Shown here piece after piece: positions 52,558 through 63,232 of a stretch of DNA of 64,000 bases. The position numbers and the translations under genes are program-made. Below the pieces are notes generated by a model that did no database searches, had not been told where the DNA came from, and saw only the letters and a program-made list of their open reading frames with translations. How positions within the stretch are numbered: the first letter of the stretch is position 1; each line of letters starts with the position of its first letter. This DNA is from Synechococcus sp. GTDB taxonomy: Bacteria > Cyanobacteriota > Cyanobacteriia > PCC-6307 > Cyanobiaceae. The stretch lies in contig JBJBDC010000001.1 in assembly GCA_047285535.1 (NCBI GenBank), positions 1,696,136 to 1,760,135 of the forward strand. The letters are read 5' to 3'.

Positions 52558-53356
52558 CACCCATGACACCTGGCAGGTGAATGCCACATTCCTGCTTGAG
52601 GCCGGCGAAGCGCGTATCTCGCCCCTCTGACTCCAGCCCATCAGGGCCACTGGAATGCCAGTCTCCAACTGTGGAGTAGCCCTTCTCAAACAGTGGATGT
52701 TGAGGCAGGTCATTCTCCTGCATGTAATAGAAGACATCCCGGGAGGTCCACTCCAACAACGGCCTCAAAGACGAGCGTCCCCGGATGGGGTCAAGCGCAG
52801 TCATGCTGCGGCGATGATCCGTCTGTCCCCGGCGCACGCCACTGGCCCAACAGCTCACCTGAAGTTGGTGCATGGCCTCTTCCAAAGGCTCGACCTTGCG
52901 GACTTTTAGATAAAGCTCCATATCGTCGATCTTTCCTGATTCCCAGAGCCGGCCATAAAGGGCTTCCATCCTTGCTGCAGACATGGAGGATTGAGCGATA
53001 TGGAGATCCAGCTCGAAGCGTTGGCAGAGCTGCTCGGCATAGCGATAGGTCTCAGGGGGGAGATACCCCGTGTCAACCCAAATCACCGGAATATCGCGGC
53101 CTTGATCCATCCCGCTCAATAAGTGGAGCAAGACAGCTGATTGGATTCCAAAGCTTGTGGTGAGTGCAAAACCCGATCCAAAGTGTTCATAGGCCCAGAG
53201 AAGCCTTCCGCGCGCATCGAGCGGCTCCAAACATTGACGTGCGCGTTGAAGTTCGCCGTCATCAGCCTTGAGGCTTCCAGCAACAAGCGACTGATTTTTG
53301 GAGGTGGAGACATCCCTCATCTCGTTATTCTCCAACGCCGAGGTACTTGAGGTCAT
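52547..53356 (-). CDS. cysH: PAPS/APS reductase
   Basis: TTSFGIQSAV, DTGYLPPETY, RKVEPL, GYSTVGD, KQECGIH. Confidence 0.95.
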   Translation of the reverse strand: MTSSTSALENNEMRDVSTSKNQSLVAGSLKADDGELQRARQCLEPLDARGRLLWAYEHFGSGFALTTSFGIQSAVLLHLLSGMDQGRDIPVIWVDTGYLPPETYRYAEQLCQRFELDLHIAQSSMSAARMEALYGRLWESGKIDDMELYLKVRKVEPLEEAMHQLQVSCWASGVRRGQTDHRRSMTALDPIRGRSSLRPLLEWTSRDVFYYMQENDLPQHPLFEKGYSTVGDWHSSGPDGLESEGRDTRFAGLKQECGIHLPGVMGDGI

Positions 53357-53404
53357 GTCTATGGTTTCAAAAAACCGACTGAAGCCCGGACTTCTGACCC
53401 CACC

Positions 53405-54553
53405 ATGCACAACGATCCAATCATTGTTGTGGGAGGTGGGTTTGCAGGACTCACAACAGCACTCTCGCTCAGCAGGCAAAGGCCACGTCCACCTCTGTTG
53501 TTGATCGAACCAAGACATCAATTTCTATTTCTCCCTCTTCTTTACGAACTTCTCAGCGGTGAAATGAAAAGCTGGGAAGTCGCGCCTAGCTACGACAGCC
53601 TTCTGCAGGGGCGTGGCATTCCCCGCTTGGATGACCGCGTGACGTCGATTAACACCTCGGAGCGACGACTCCAGACCAGCCGAGGCCAATCATTCTCCTA
53701 CAGCCAACTGGTGCTCGCCACCGGCTCTGAGCCCGATGATTTTGGGATCCCTGGAGTCAAAAACCATGCCATGAAGTTCCATTCCCTGGAGGATTTACCC
53801 CTCCTCAAGGAACGAGTTCAAAGTCTCCGCAATCGCGCAGCAAGCGAAGGGGCGTTGGTCATCGTGGGAGCGGGAGCAACCGGCGTAGAACTGGCTTGCA
53901 AACTCAGCGACATGCTTGACAGTGCAGCCAGCATTCACCTCATCGAATTAGGAGATAGCGTTCTGCCACGGTCCCGAGCCTTCAACCGAGAACAGGCACA
54001 ACGAGCGCTGGCTGAACGTGGGGTTCAGCTTCATCTCAAGACTCGGGTGACATCCGTATCAGCCAACGCGATTCAACTGATGCGAAACGATCGACCCCAA
54101 TCCATCAACCATGATGGTTTGATCTGGACTGCAGGAACCAAACCTGTGCTGCCCACCCTTTTGCCAACCCCAAAACAACAACGTGGACTGCTCAGCGTTG
54201 ACGAAGGGTTGCAACTAACAACAAACCCGAATGTGGTAGCCCTCGGGGATGTGGCCTATCACAACGATGAAGACTCTCCATGGCCCCGTTCAGCTCAGTC
54301 AGCACTGCAACAAGGAGAAGCAGCGGCTCGAACCATACAAGCCATCCGCAGACAAAGGGCTGTACCCAGGTTTCACTTCCAAGATCTTGGCGAGATGCTG
54401 AGCCTAGGCATTGGAGACGCCTCCATTACAGGCATGGGACTCACACTCGCCGGTCCTCTGGCTTATCGATTGCGACGACTCACTTACCTTGCACGCATGC
54501 CAGGACTCTCTCTGAGCTTGAAGTCTGCAGGCGCCTGGTTGGTTGATTCTTGA
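53405..54553 (+). CDS. Type-II NADH dehydrogenase-like FAD oxidoreductase
   Basis: VVGGGFAG, FLFLPLLYE, IVGAGATGVELA, WTAG, ALGD. Confidence 0.88.
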   Translation: MHNDPIIVVGGGFAGLTTALSLSRQRPRPPLLLIEPRHQFLFLPLLYELLSGEMKSWEVAPSYDSLLQGRGIPRLDDRVTSINTSERRLQTSRGQSFSYSQLVLATGSEPDDFGIPGVKNHAMKFHSLEDLPLLKERVQSLRNRAASEGALVIVGAGATGVELACKLSDMLDSAASIHLIELGDSVLPRSRAFNREQAQRALAERGVQLHLKTRVTSVSANAIQLMRNDRPQSINHDGLIWTAGTKPVLPTLLPTPKQQRGLLSVDEGLQLTTNPNVVALGDVAYHNDEDSPWPRSAQSALQQGEAAARTIQAIRRQRAVPRFHFQDLGEMLSLGIGDASITGMGLTLAGPLAYRLRRLTYLARMPGLSLSLKSAGAWLVDS

Positions 54554-56271
54554 AGCAGGCTCACTTAGCAGGCCGAACCAACGGCCTTCGTCCATCACAG
54601 CTCCGTCAACTCGAGCGTCTCAGTCAGAGGAGGCACCCTGGACTCAGTGGAGCCGATGAACTCACGCTGAAACGCCTCTCTGAGCTGGTCATCGATCTCG
54701 ATCAACCGTTGCATTTGATTGTGGATGAACGCGGGCTCTGCCGTCTGCTCTGGGTCGGATCACTGAGCGAATCGGAAAAACTACGCCTCCGTCTACCTGG
54801 CGGGCCACGACGGATGAACCGACGCTGGCGATTGATCAGCAGCCTGCAAGGCAAGGCGGGAATCGATCTCCAGCCCGATGGCCGAGATGCCGTCGTCGCT
54901 CTCGATCTCCAGCCCGAAACATGGCTCCGCTTTCAGGCGGCTCCTTCCACGGGTGGCGGACACCTGGCCTCTCTGTGGCAGCCAGATCCTGCTATTGATT
55001 CCGGCTGGCATCAAGCCATAATCGGCAGCCTTCAGGAGCTTTGCGAACGTCCTGTCCAAACAGCAACCAAAGAGATTATTGATGTTGCACAACCGTCAAC
55101 GCCTCCTGAAGACCCTTCCGATCATTCGGAAGCAAAGGAGCGGGTTTTGCTTCTTATTCTCATCGATACTGACAAACAGCGCAGTGAAAGGGACTTAGCT
55201 GAATTAGAGGGACTCGTGCGCAGCGCAGATGCATTGCCGGTAGCTGTCTGCAGGCAACGACAAGGACAATCCAACCCTCAGACGCTCTGGGGCAAAGGAA
55301 AATTACAAGAAGCAGCTCTTGAAGCCAGACGTCATCGCGCAACCCTCGTCATCACAGACAGAGAGCTTTCCCCTGTTCAAGCTCGCAATCTGGAGCGATT
55401 ACTTGACTGCCCGGTCATGGATCGCAGTGAGCTCATTCTTGATATTTTTGCCCAGCGAGCCGCTAGTGCGGCAGGACGACTACAAGTCGAACTCGCTCAA
55501 TTGCGCTATCGCCTACCGAGGCTGAAAGGCCGCGGCCTCAGTCTCTCTCGACAAGGTGGAGGGATTGGAACGCGTGGCCCTGGGGAGACCCAACTTGAGA
55601 AAGACCGTCGTGCCATCAGCCGTCGCATCGAACATCTATCACAATCACTGCGCCAGCTAGGAGCCCATCGCGCAAGATTGCGTGACCGCAGAGAAGATCT
55701 ACCTCGCGTCACACTTGTCGGTTATACCAACGCGGGGAAATCGTCTCTTCTCAATGCCCTCTGCTGTCGCAATCCAGGGCATGCGGTTCTGGCGGAAAAC
55801 AAGTTGTTCGCGACCCTCGATCCCACTACCCGAAGACTCTGCTTCCCCCAGACATCAGCGGCACCGAACGAAGTGCTTCTAACAGACACAGTGGGATTCA
55901 TTCGTGAGCTACCAAAACCTCTTCTCGAGGCCTTCAGGGCCACGTTGGAGGAGACGCGTGATGCTGATCTGTTGCTTTTAGTCGTCGATCTGGCTGACCC
56001 CGACTGGCAGGCTCAGCTGGAGGCGGTGCACCACCTCTTGGATGACCTGAGCTGCGACCAACTGCGAAAAGTGGTAGCCAATCAAATTGACCGTTGCACG
56101 GCTACGGCGATCGACGCGATTCAGGCCATCGAGCCAGATGTGATCTATCTCTCTGCTACAGAAGGTACGGGACTGAGAGGTCTGCGAAACTGGCTGGAAA
56201 AGCAGTTCTGGGACAGCGCTATAACACCTGAAAATCCCAGCGCAGCACAGTCAACTCCAGGCCATAGTTGA
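54550..56271 (+). CDS. hflX: GTPase HflX
   Basis: GGGIGTRGPGE, VGYTNAGKSS, LFATLDPT, DTVGFI. Confidence 0.95.
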   Translation: MKQAHLAGRTNGLRPSQLRQLERLSQRRHPGLSGADELTLKRLSELVIDLDQPLHLIVDERGLCRLLWVGSLSESEKLRLRLPGGPRRMNRRWRLISSLQGKAGIDLQPDGRDAVVALDLQPETWLRFQAAPSTGGGHLASLWQPDPAIDSGWHQAIIGSLQELCERPVQTATKEIIDVAQPSTPPEDPSDHSEAKERVLLLILIDTDKQRSERDLAELEGLVRSADALPVAVCRQRQGQSNPQTLWGKGKLQEAALEARRHRATLVITDRELSPVQARNLERLLDCPVMDRSELILDIFAQRAASAAGRLQVELAQLRYRLPRLKGRGLSLSRQGGGIGTRGPGETQLEKDRRAISRRIEHLSQSLRQLGAHRARLRDRREDLPRVTLVGYTNAGKSSLLNALCCRNPGHAVLAENKLFATLDPTTRRLCFPQTSAAPNEVLLTDTVGFIRELPKPLLEAFRATLEETRDADLLLLVVDLADPDWQAQLEAVHHLLDDLSCDQLRKVVANQIDRCTATAIDAIQAIEPDVIYLSATEGTGLRGLRNWLEKQFWDSAITPENPSAAQSTPGHS

Positions 56272-56279
56272 ACTTAACC

Positions 56280-56738
56280 ATGGCTGAACCCACCCCAGCT
56301 CTTAAGCATGGCGAAGCCCTCACCTTGGCCTTGAAGTTGGATAACACTGATGCGATTTACCCGAAACTCACAACAGTGCCAACGGATTTTCTTGAGCAGA
56401 TCACAGGTGCCACTACACCCCATCTGCCTCTTGGCGAGTTCGTGAATTCAAACCTGTTCAAGCTGATGGTTTTAGGCGCCGTTTGTGTGGCCCTCGTGAT
56501 TCCTGTCGCCTCTCCAATCGCCCTCTTGCTGGGAGGGTTAGCGATCGTTTGTTTACTGGCTGTCATATGCGGAGAGAGTCAGTCCTTCCAGATCCTGCAA
56601 GAGAACGAAACCAACCCAATGGTGTTGGGTCCAGTGAGAGATCTTGTTAGGGATACCACGCTCTATGGAGACGGCCTGACCTTCGTGGTGACGACCATGG
56701 TTCCTGCATTCATGCTCTTGCAACAGGGAGGCGTTTGA
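56280..56738 (+). CDS. Hypothetical membrane protein
   Basis: Packed between hflX and ktrB; two or three hydrophobic segments. Confidence 0.55.
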   Translation: MAEPTPALKHGEALTLALKLDNTDAIYPKLTTVPTDFLEQITGATTPHLPLGEFVNSNLFKLMVLGAVCVALVIPVASPIALLLGGLAIVCLLAVICGESQSFQILQENETNPMVLGPVRDLVRDTTLYGDGLTFVVTTMVPAFMLLQQGGV

Positions 56739-56743
56739 GAGCG

Positions 56744-58147
56744 ATGCCCATTCCCTCCGCCATCTATCGCACCCAGGCTTGGTACCGCCGCCTCACCGTT
56801 CCCCAGTTCACGGTTGTTACGGGGTTGCTCGTGATCGCAGCAGGAACCATGCTCCTGGTCTCCCCCATGTGCTCAAGCCAGAAGGTGGGCCTGTGGGAAG
56901 CACTGTTCACAGCCACATCGGCAGTCACCGTCACTGGACTTTCCATCATCGACGTCCGCCAAGATCTGACACTCCCCGGGCAGATCGTGCTGGCCATGAT
57001 GATCATGGTGGGAGGCCTTGGATTAATGGCTGTCACTACGTTTTTACAGGGGTTTGTGGTTCGGGGGACCGCTCTCCGGCGTCGCCTAGATCGTGGCCAA
57101 ACCCTTGATGAATTTGGGGTCGGAGGCGTGGGCAAAACCTTCCAAGGGATTGCTGTCACCGCTGCAGTGTTGATCCTGATTGGGGCCTTTCTTCTCTATT
57201 CCTTCGGGTTTACAGATATTGCCCCGGGAGGCGACCGTCTATGGGCTGCCCTGTTTCACAGTATCTCTGCTTACAACAACGCAGGCTTCGGGCTATGGAA
57301 TGACAGCCTTGAGAATTACCGCACCAACAACACTGTTAATGCGGTAATCATGATTCTGGTGGTGCTTGGTGGTCTGGGCTGGCGGGTCACCCATGACCTT
57401 TGGATCAATCGGCAAAGGCTGAAACGGCGTCATCTCAGCCTTCACACTCGGTTGGTTCTGCGCACTTCTGGTCTCCTCATCCTGACTGGGACCTTGGGCT
57501 TAATGCTGACGGAATCTCTTTCCATGGGCCATGTCCTGACAGGTCTGGGGTGGGGAGAGCGGTTAATGAGCGCTCTGTTTGAGTCCGTCAGTGCACGCAC
57601 CGCCGGATTCACCACCGTGCCTCTCTCTTCGCAGAGCATTTCCGATTCCGGCCTTTTACTTGTGATGACCCTGATGTTCATCGGAGCCAGTCCAGGCGGT
57701 ACGGGAGGTGGAATTAAAACCACAACTGTGGCTGCCCTGATGGCCGCGACCCGCTCCACCCTGCGTGGTCACGATGATGTCGTCATTCGGCATCGACAGA
57801 TTTCAGACAAAGTCGTGCTGCGCGCTTTGAGTATCACAGTTGCATCCCTGCTGTTCGTCCTGGGTATGGCCCTCCTTCTGGCGTTGAGCAGCAATCTCAG
57901 CGGAGAAGAACCCTTCACATTCTTAGAGCTTGTCTTTACATGTGTTTCCGCATTTGCCACCGTTGGATTAGATCTAGGCGTCACACGACAACTTGCTCCC
58001 TTTGGACAATTGGTCCTTGTAATGGGAATGTTTGTAGGGCGACTTGGGATTCTTTTGCTTTTGAGCGCCATCTGGGAAAGTTTTAATCGCGGCCATCTGC
58101 AGCGCCAGAATCGAGTTGGTTATCCCCGCGAGGATCTCTATGTCTAA
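56744..58147 (+). CDS. ktrB: Trk/Ktr potassium uptake membrane subunit
   Basis: SAVTVTGLS, SAYNNAGF, SARTAGF, GASPGGTGGGIK, SAFATVG pore loops. Confidence 0.92.
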   Translation: MPIPSAIYRTQAWYRRLTVPQFTVVTGLLVIAAGTMLLVSPMCSSQKVGLWEALFTATSAVTVTGLSIIDVRQDLTLPGQIVLAMMIMVGGLGLMAVTTFLQGFVVRGTALRRRLDRGQTLDEFGVGGVGKTFQGIAVTAAVLILIGAFLLYSFGFTDIAPGGDRLWAALFHSISAYNNAGFGLWNDSLENYRTNNTVNAVIMILVVLGGLGWRVTHDLWINRQRLKRRHLSLHTRLVLRTSGLLILTGTLGLMLTESLSMGHVLTGLGWGERLMSALFESVSARTAGFTTVPLSSQSISDSGLLLVMTLMFIGASPGGTGGGIKTTTVAALMAATRSTLRGHDDVVIRHRQISDKVVLRALSITVASLLFVLGMALLLALSSNLSGEEPFTFLELVFTCVSAFATVGLDLGVTRQLAPFGQLVLVMGMFVGRLGILLLLSAIWESFNRGHLQRQNRVGYPREDLYV

Positions 58148-58171
58148 TCACCGATTTCTGGGAGCAGCGCA

Positions 58172-58876
58172 GTGAGGGAGTGGTGGCATTGGGCCCAGTC
58201 CCACCAAGCTGAAACGTCTAGTTTTGGGATTGTGGGATTAGGCCGTTTTGGGAGCGCCGTCTGCAAGCAACTGATGCAAAACGGCGCTGAGGTTCTTGCT
58301 GTTGACCGTTCGTCCAAAGCGATCGATGAACTCCGACAACTCGAGCCAACGATTGAAGCCCGAATTGTGGATTGCACAGACGAGGAAGCGCTTCGAGAAG
58401 CTGGAATCCTGGATATGGAAACTGTGGTCGTTGCCATCAGCGAACCCATCGAAGCCAGCATCACGGCCACTCTTATTGCCAAAGACAGTCCCGGGACCCA
58501 AGTTCGTCATGTGATTGCAAGAGCGACCAGCGATTTGCACGAAAAAATGCTCAAACGGGTGGGTGCCGATCGGGTGGTCTTCCCTTCGCGCATGCAGGGT
58601 GAACGTCTGGGAGTCGAATTGGTGCGACCCAATCTGATGGAGCGACTTGAACTCGACAAACACCACTCGATTGAAGAGATCAAGGTGCCAAGCCGGTTCG
58701 TGGGGCGCTCGCTTCGAGATTTAAACCTGCGCAAGAATTACCGGGTGAATGTTCTGGCAGCAGGTCCGGCAAAAGAACTCACGGTCAACCCGCCTGCATC
58801 CCATGTTTTGGAAGACGGCCATGTCCTCGTGGTGATGGGCCTAACCGACGCTCTTCAAGAATTACCGAAAACCTGA
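58172..58876 (+). CDS. ktrA: Trk/Ktr potassium uptake RCK subunit
   Basis: IVGLGRFG, VGADRVVFP, TrkA-C-like C-terminus. Confidence 0.92.
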   Translation: MREWWHWAQSHQAETSSFGIVGLGRFGSAVCKQLMQNGAEVLAVDRSSKAIDELRQLEPTIEARIVDCTDEEALREAGILDMETVVVAISEPIEASITATLIAKDSPGTQVRHVIARATSDLHEKMLKRVGADRVVFPSRMQGERLGVELVRPNLMERLELDKHHSIEEIKVPSRFVGRSLRDLNLRKNYRVNVLAAGPAKELTVNPPASHVLEDGHVLVVMGLTDALQELPKT

Positions 58877-58879
58877 ACC

Positions 58880-60034
58880 ATGCGCGTTCTAGGGCTGATG
58901 AGCGGTACCAGCGCCGATGGCGTGGATGCTGTACTTGTCGAGCTATCGGGGTCGGCGGCACAGCCACGTTGGACACTGATGAAGTCGGCCTCCTTGGACT
59001 ATCCAGAATCGACAAGACAACTGATTTTGGACGTAGGCCAAGGAGAGGCAAAAACGGCTTCCTCTCTCCTCTCCCTATCCGAAATCATCACCAAGACCCA
59101 GGCCGCAGCCGCCCTTCGATGCGACCCAGAAGGGCAGGCCCAACTGGTGGGATGTCATGGCCAGACCATTTGGCATCGTCCGCCCGAACCGCTCCCGGGC
59201 GGCCACATCCGCCCGGGAGCGAGCTGGCAGATGTTGCAGGCACCCCTGCTTGCACAAATACTGAAATGCCCTGTGGTCTCAGACTTTCGAGCGGCGGATC
59301 TGGCCTTGGGAGGGCAGGGCGCACCGCTTGTTCCCAAGGCTGATGCGGCCCTACTGGGACGAACCAAAGGATGGAGAGCACTCTTGAACTTAGGTGGAAT
59401 CGCCAATCTCACCCTCATCCCCCCGACCACTGGTCCAGATCGTCATCAACCTGTGAGGGGGTGGGACTGCGGGCCTGCGAACAGCTTGATCGACCTCGCG
59501 ATAGAACAGTTCAGTGGGGGGAAAGAAACATGCGACCAAGGCGGCCGTCTAGCGGCTAAGGGCCACTGCGATGAAGGCCTGATTCTCCACTGGCTCGATG
59601 AGCCCTACCTCAAGCAAAGTCCTCCTAAATCAACAGGCCGTGAGTTGTTCGGACGATCTGACCTAACAAGACGCCTTGAGGACATGAAAGGGCAACAGGT
59701 TATGGATCAGATCGCCACACTCACAGCCTTCTCTGCCGCAGTGGTGGCACAGGATTTGCAACAGCTTTCAAGCCGGGGCCACCCTCTCCCAATCGAGCTG
59801 TTGGTCGCCGGAGGTGGTAGCCAAAATCTCACGTTGATGCGAGAACTCACCCGTCGCTGCCGTGGCCTAAGAATTCGTCGTAGCGAAGAGCTTCAACTTC
59901 CCAGCCAAAGTCGAGAAGCCTTGGTCTTTGCTCTCTTGGCATGGTGGCATCAGCTCGGGTATCCGGGGAATGCTCCTGCGATCACCGGAGCGCAGCATGA
60001 AGCTGTCTTAGGAGTACGCGTCAATCCTGCCTGA
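58880..60034 (+). CDS. anmK: Anhydro-N-acetylmuramic acid kinase
   Basis: GLMSGTSADGVD, GCHGQT, GGQGAPLVP, LNLGGIAN, PPKSTGRE. Confidence 0.95.
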   Translation: MRVLGLMSGTSADGVDAVLVELSGSAAQPRWTLMKSASLDYPESTRQLILDVGQGEAKTASSLLSLSEIITKTQAAAALRCDPEGQAQLVGCHGQTIWHRPPEPLPGGHIRPGASWQMLQAPLLAQILKCPVVSDFRAADLALGGQGAPLVPKADAALLGRTKGWRALLNLGGIANLTLIPPTTGPDRHQPVRGWDCGPANSLIDLAIEQFSGGKETCDQGGRLAAKGHCDEGLILHWLDEPYLKQSPPKSTGRELFGRSDLTRRLEDMKGQQVMDQIATLTAFSAAVVAQDLQQLSSRGHPLPIELLVAGGGSQNLTLMRELTRRCRGLRIRRSEELQLPSQSREALVFALLAWWHQLGYPGNAPAITGAQHEAVLGVRVNPA

Positions 60035-60069
60035 AGACACAACAGCAGCCTTCCTCAAAGGGAGCAAAG

Positions 60070-60384
60070 TCAGTTCGTCGGACGCTGCAGCCTGATTCGA
60101 CGCGGTACTCCTCGAAGGCGACGCGTTTGCTTTGATTCCAGAGCGTTGCGCAGCTGCTCTGTTGAAGATTGAGGCGCTTGCTTGGGTGGAACTACCTCCT
60201 GCCGGTCAGCTCCCTGTTCGTAACGCTGAACCCCTTGCTGAATCAAGACCTTGGCCATGTTGCTGACCGTTCGAGATTCACACTCAGCCAATGCAGCCAG
60301 ACGAAGGCAAAGATCTTCGGGGAGCACCACCTGAATTCGAGGTGATTTTGGCTTCCCACTGGATGACTTTTGGCGAGTGGCCAC
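60070..60384 (-). CDS. Ribbon-helix-helix domain protein
   Basis: PRIQVVLPEDL...LAECESRTVSNMAKVLI. Confidence 0.75.
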   Translation of the reverse strand: MATRQKSSSGKPKSPRIQVVLPEDLCLRLAALAECESRTVSNMAKVLIQQGVQRYEQGADRQEVVPPKQAPQSSTEQLRNALESKQTRRLRGVPRRIRLQRPTN

Positions 60385-60521
60385 GACCCAGGAAGAGGCA
60401 GAGCTACTTAAAAGTGTACAGAGATGCGCAAGGGTAGTATCCAGCAGTATGCTGTAGTCACAGATCGGATCTTTGAGTCCTCTCCAGTCCAGGCCCTCGG
60501 CCGACCCATCCCAGGAGTGCC

Positions 60522-60869
60522 ATGCCCCATTCCCAAAGCCCGGACATCAGCTCACCCAAGCTCCCCAATCCAACCAGGACGACTCCTCGCACAAGCAATC
60601 AACTCAACCCCAAGCGCCGAAAGAACCGCCGCCCCCGCAGAACTCCTGAAAACAGCGAAGTCGTGGTGTCCGCAGTAATCAGCACCTATCTGCTCACTCA
60701 TCTTCATCACGTGCTCCAACGAGCTGAATACAACGCTGTTCAAGATGGTCGTCGTTCGCAAGCCGCGAATTACGCCCAGCTACGCAAAGTGCTTTGCATG
60801 GATGCGAGAAGCATGGAAGAGGCTTCAGCGTCTGGCCTCAAGGCAACTGAGCTCGATCAGGCGGCTTAG
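60522..60869 (+). CDS. Conserved hypothetical protein
   Basis: VSAVISTYLLTHLHHVLQRAEY...LRKVLCMDARSM. Confidence 0.7.
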   Translation: MPHSQSPDISSPKLPNPTRTTPRTSNQLNPKRRKNRRPRRTPENSEVVVSAVISTYLLTHLHHVLQRAEYNAVQDGRRSQAANYAQLRKVLCMDARSMEEASASGLKATELDQAA

Positions 60870-60926
60870 CGAAGGGATGGCAGTTTGTGACCGCGTGAAT
60901 AGGGTTTCAGCAGAAGCCTCCCGGCC

Positions 60927-61154
60927 ATGTCAAATGCTGCTGAGCTTTACGCACGCATTGAAAACGATCAAGACCTCAGCAAGGGGTTATTTCGACAAGC
61001 ACTTCAAAATCCTTCTGGAGCCCTTGACTCAATCTGCGACATTGGCAAACAATTCGACCTACCAGTCACGCCTCAAGAGGTAAAGGATTACCTCAACAGC
61101 CTCGATGACGAGATTTCAAAGCAATGGCTCATCAAAGCGAGGGGTGGTCTGTAA
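60927..61154 (+). CDS. Small protein resembling a Nif11-type leader peptide
   Basis: Helical pattern ending EISKQWLIKARGG-L*. Confidence 0.6.
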   Translation: MSNAAELYARIENDQDLSKGLFRQALQNPSGALDSICDIGKQFDLPVTPQEVKDYLNSLDDEISKQWLIKARGGL

Positions 61155-61317
61155 GCGATGGTGCATCCTTCGTTTCGAGGATGGAAACACGGGCTGGCTT
61201 TGGAGTGGAACGTTCTCGGACCCCTCCACCTCCTGCCCAACTGAAGAACAACCAATAACTGATCACAGCAAGACCGGCTGCCACCACGAGGGCCATGACT
61301 TGCTCCAGTCTTCGCAT
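61132..61317 (-). CDS. Small single-TM hypothetical protein
   Basis: MRRLEQVMALVVAAGLAVISYWLFFSWAGGG. Confidence 0.6.
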   Translation of the reverse strand: MRRLEQVMALVVAAGLAVISYWLFFSWAGGGGVRERSTPKPARVSILETKDAPSLTDHPSL

Positions 61318-61390
61318 TTGACTGCTCCCAGCTCCATTAGTCTGCCTGCGACCCCGACACGTGATGATGGGCTTTAGACGCCCCTACTCC

Positions 61391-63115
61391 GTGCTGCGAC
61401 TTGAGCGAGTCGGCAAGATTTATCCAACCGGTGAGGTTTTGAGGGATGTGACCTGGGAGGTCAAGGCAGGGGACCGCATCGGCCTTGTCGGCGTGAATGG
61501 AGCAGGAAAGTCAACCCAGCTCAGGCTCATTGCTGGCATGGAAGATGCCAGCAGCGGGCAAATCGTCAGACAAGGTGAGCCAAGAATCGCTTACCTGCAG
61601 CAGGAATTTGATGTTGATCCGAATCGCACCGTACGAGAAGAGCTGTTTCAGGCCTTTGGTGAGGCCGCCATTGTGCTTGGCCAGCAAAAACAAGTGGAAT
61701 TAGCCATGGGCTCTGAGCGCGCGGCTGCGGATCCGGCTCATCTTGATGCGCTCATCCAGGAACTAGGACAACTGCAGAACCGATTCGAAGGACTGCATGG
61801 CTACGAGCTCGATGCACGCATCGAGAAATTATTACCAACGATTGGTTTCAAACTGGAGGATGCCGAACGCCTGGTCTCGGACTATTCAGGCGGCTGGCAG
61901 ATGCGTCTTGCTCTAGGAAAAATCCTCCTGCAAGAGCCTGATCTACTGCTGTTGGACGAGCCCACGAACCATCTCGACGTTGAGACTATTCAATGGTTGG
62001 AGGGTTATCTCATCGAACAAAAGGCCGCACTGGTTGTGATCAGCCATGACCGCACTTTCCTGGATCGAGTCTGCAACCAGATTGTGAGCACAGAACGAGG
62101 CGTGTCCAAGGCCTACTTGGGAAATTACACCTCACATCTTGAGCAAAAAGCACTCGAGCAAGAAGCCTCACGAGCAGCATTCGACCGCCAACAAAAAGAG
62201 ATCGCAACCCAGCAGGCCTATATCGATCGATTCCGTGCCAGTGCCACGCGCAGCACCCAGGCCAAAAGCAGGGAGAAGCAGCTGGACAAAGTGGAACGAG
62301 TTGATGCACCAGTTGAGTCTGTCAGTGGACCCAGGTTTCGCTTCCCGCCGGCACCGAGATCGGGAGCCCAGGTCGCTGTTATCGACAACCTGACCCACAG
62401 CTACGGAGAGAACATTCTGTTCATGGACGCTGGGCTCGAAGTCCAAAGAGGTGATCGGATTGCTTTTGTCGGCCCGAACGGAGCCGGAAAATCAACCCTG
62501 CTCCGATTGATCATGGGAGCAGAAACTCCAGACGAAGGTTCCGCCAGGCTTGGCGAACACAACATCATCGCTAGCTATTTCGAACAAAACCAGGCAGAAG
62601 CCCTTGATCTCAATAAGACGGTGATTGAGACCATGTTTGAAGCAGTTCCTGATTGGACACAAACTCAAGTGCGCTCTCTGTTAGGAAATTTCTGCTTGAG
62701 CAACGACAGCGTCTTCAAGGATGTAGGCAAACTCAGCGGAGGGGAAAAAGCACGCCTTGCTCTTGCTCTCATGTTACTCACTCCCTGCAATTTGTTGGTA
62801 CTCGATGAACCCACAAACCATCTCGATATTCCTGCCAAACAGATGCTGGAAGATGCCCTTTGCGACTACGAAGGCGCAGCTCTGCTGGTCTCTCATGACC
62901 GTTACTTCATCTCACGCGTAGCCAACAGAATCGTTGAAATCAGAGATGGCGAACTCATCAATTATCAAGGTAATTATGCTTACTACCAAGACAAGAAAGC
63001 TGAAGAAAAAGCCGAAGCAGAAGCCAAGCGACTGATGGCCGAAAAGGAGGCCAAGCGCAAAGCAAACAACCTCAAGCAAAAACAGAGAGCTGCCCGAAAA
63101 AAGAATGCTGCGTAG
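61391..63115 (+). CDS. ABC-F family ATPase
   Basis: Two ABC domains (GVNGAGKST / GPNGAGKST, SGGW / SGGE, LDEPTNHLD), no TM segments. Confidence 0.95.
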   Translation: MLRLERVGKIYPTGEVLRDVTWEVKAGDRIGLVGVNGAGKSTQLRLIAGMEDASSGQIVRQGEPRIAYLQQEFDVDPNRTVREELFQAFGEAAIVLGQQKQVELAMGSERAAADPAHLDALIQELGQLQNRFEGLHGYELDARIEKLLPTIGFKLEDAERLVSDYSGGWQMRLALGKILLQEPDLLLLDEPTNHLDVETIQWLEGYLIEQKAALVVISHDRTFLDRVCNQIVSTERGVSKAYLGNYTSHLEQKALEQEASRAAFDRQQKEIATQQAYIDRFRASATRSTQAKSREKQLDKVERVDAPVESVSGPRFRFPPAPRSGAQVAVIDNLTHSYGENILFMDAGLEVQRGDRIAFVGPNGAGKSTLLRLIMGAETPDEGSARLGEHNIIASYFEQNQAEALDLNKTVIETMFEAVPDWTQTQVRSLLGNFCLSNDSVFKDVGKLSGGEKARLALALMLLTPCNLLVLDEPTNHLDIPAKQMLEDALCDYEGAALLVSHDRYFISRVANRIVEIRDGELINYQGNYAYYQDKKAEEKAEAEAKRLMAEKEAKRKANNLKQKQRAARKKNAA

Positions 63116-63232
63116 CAGACCTTCTCCGCAGCAGCAAGACGAAACTTCACACTTGATTAGGCAGGAAAACTCATTTCCCTTTACCCCTAAAGACGGTGTG
63201 GATAAGCTGACAAAGTTGATCCCCGGCAGCCC

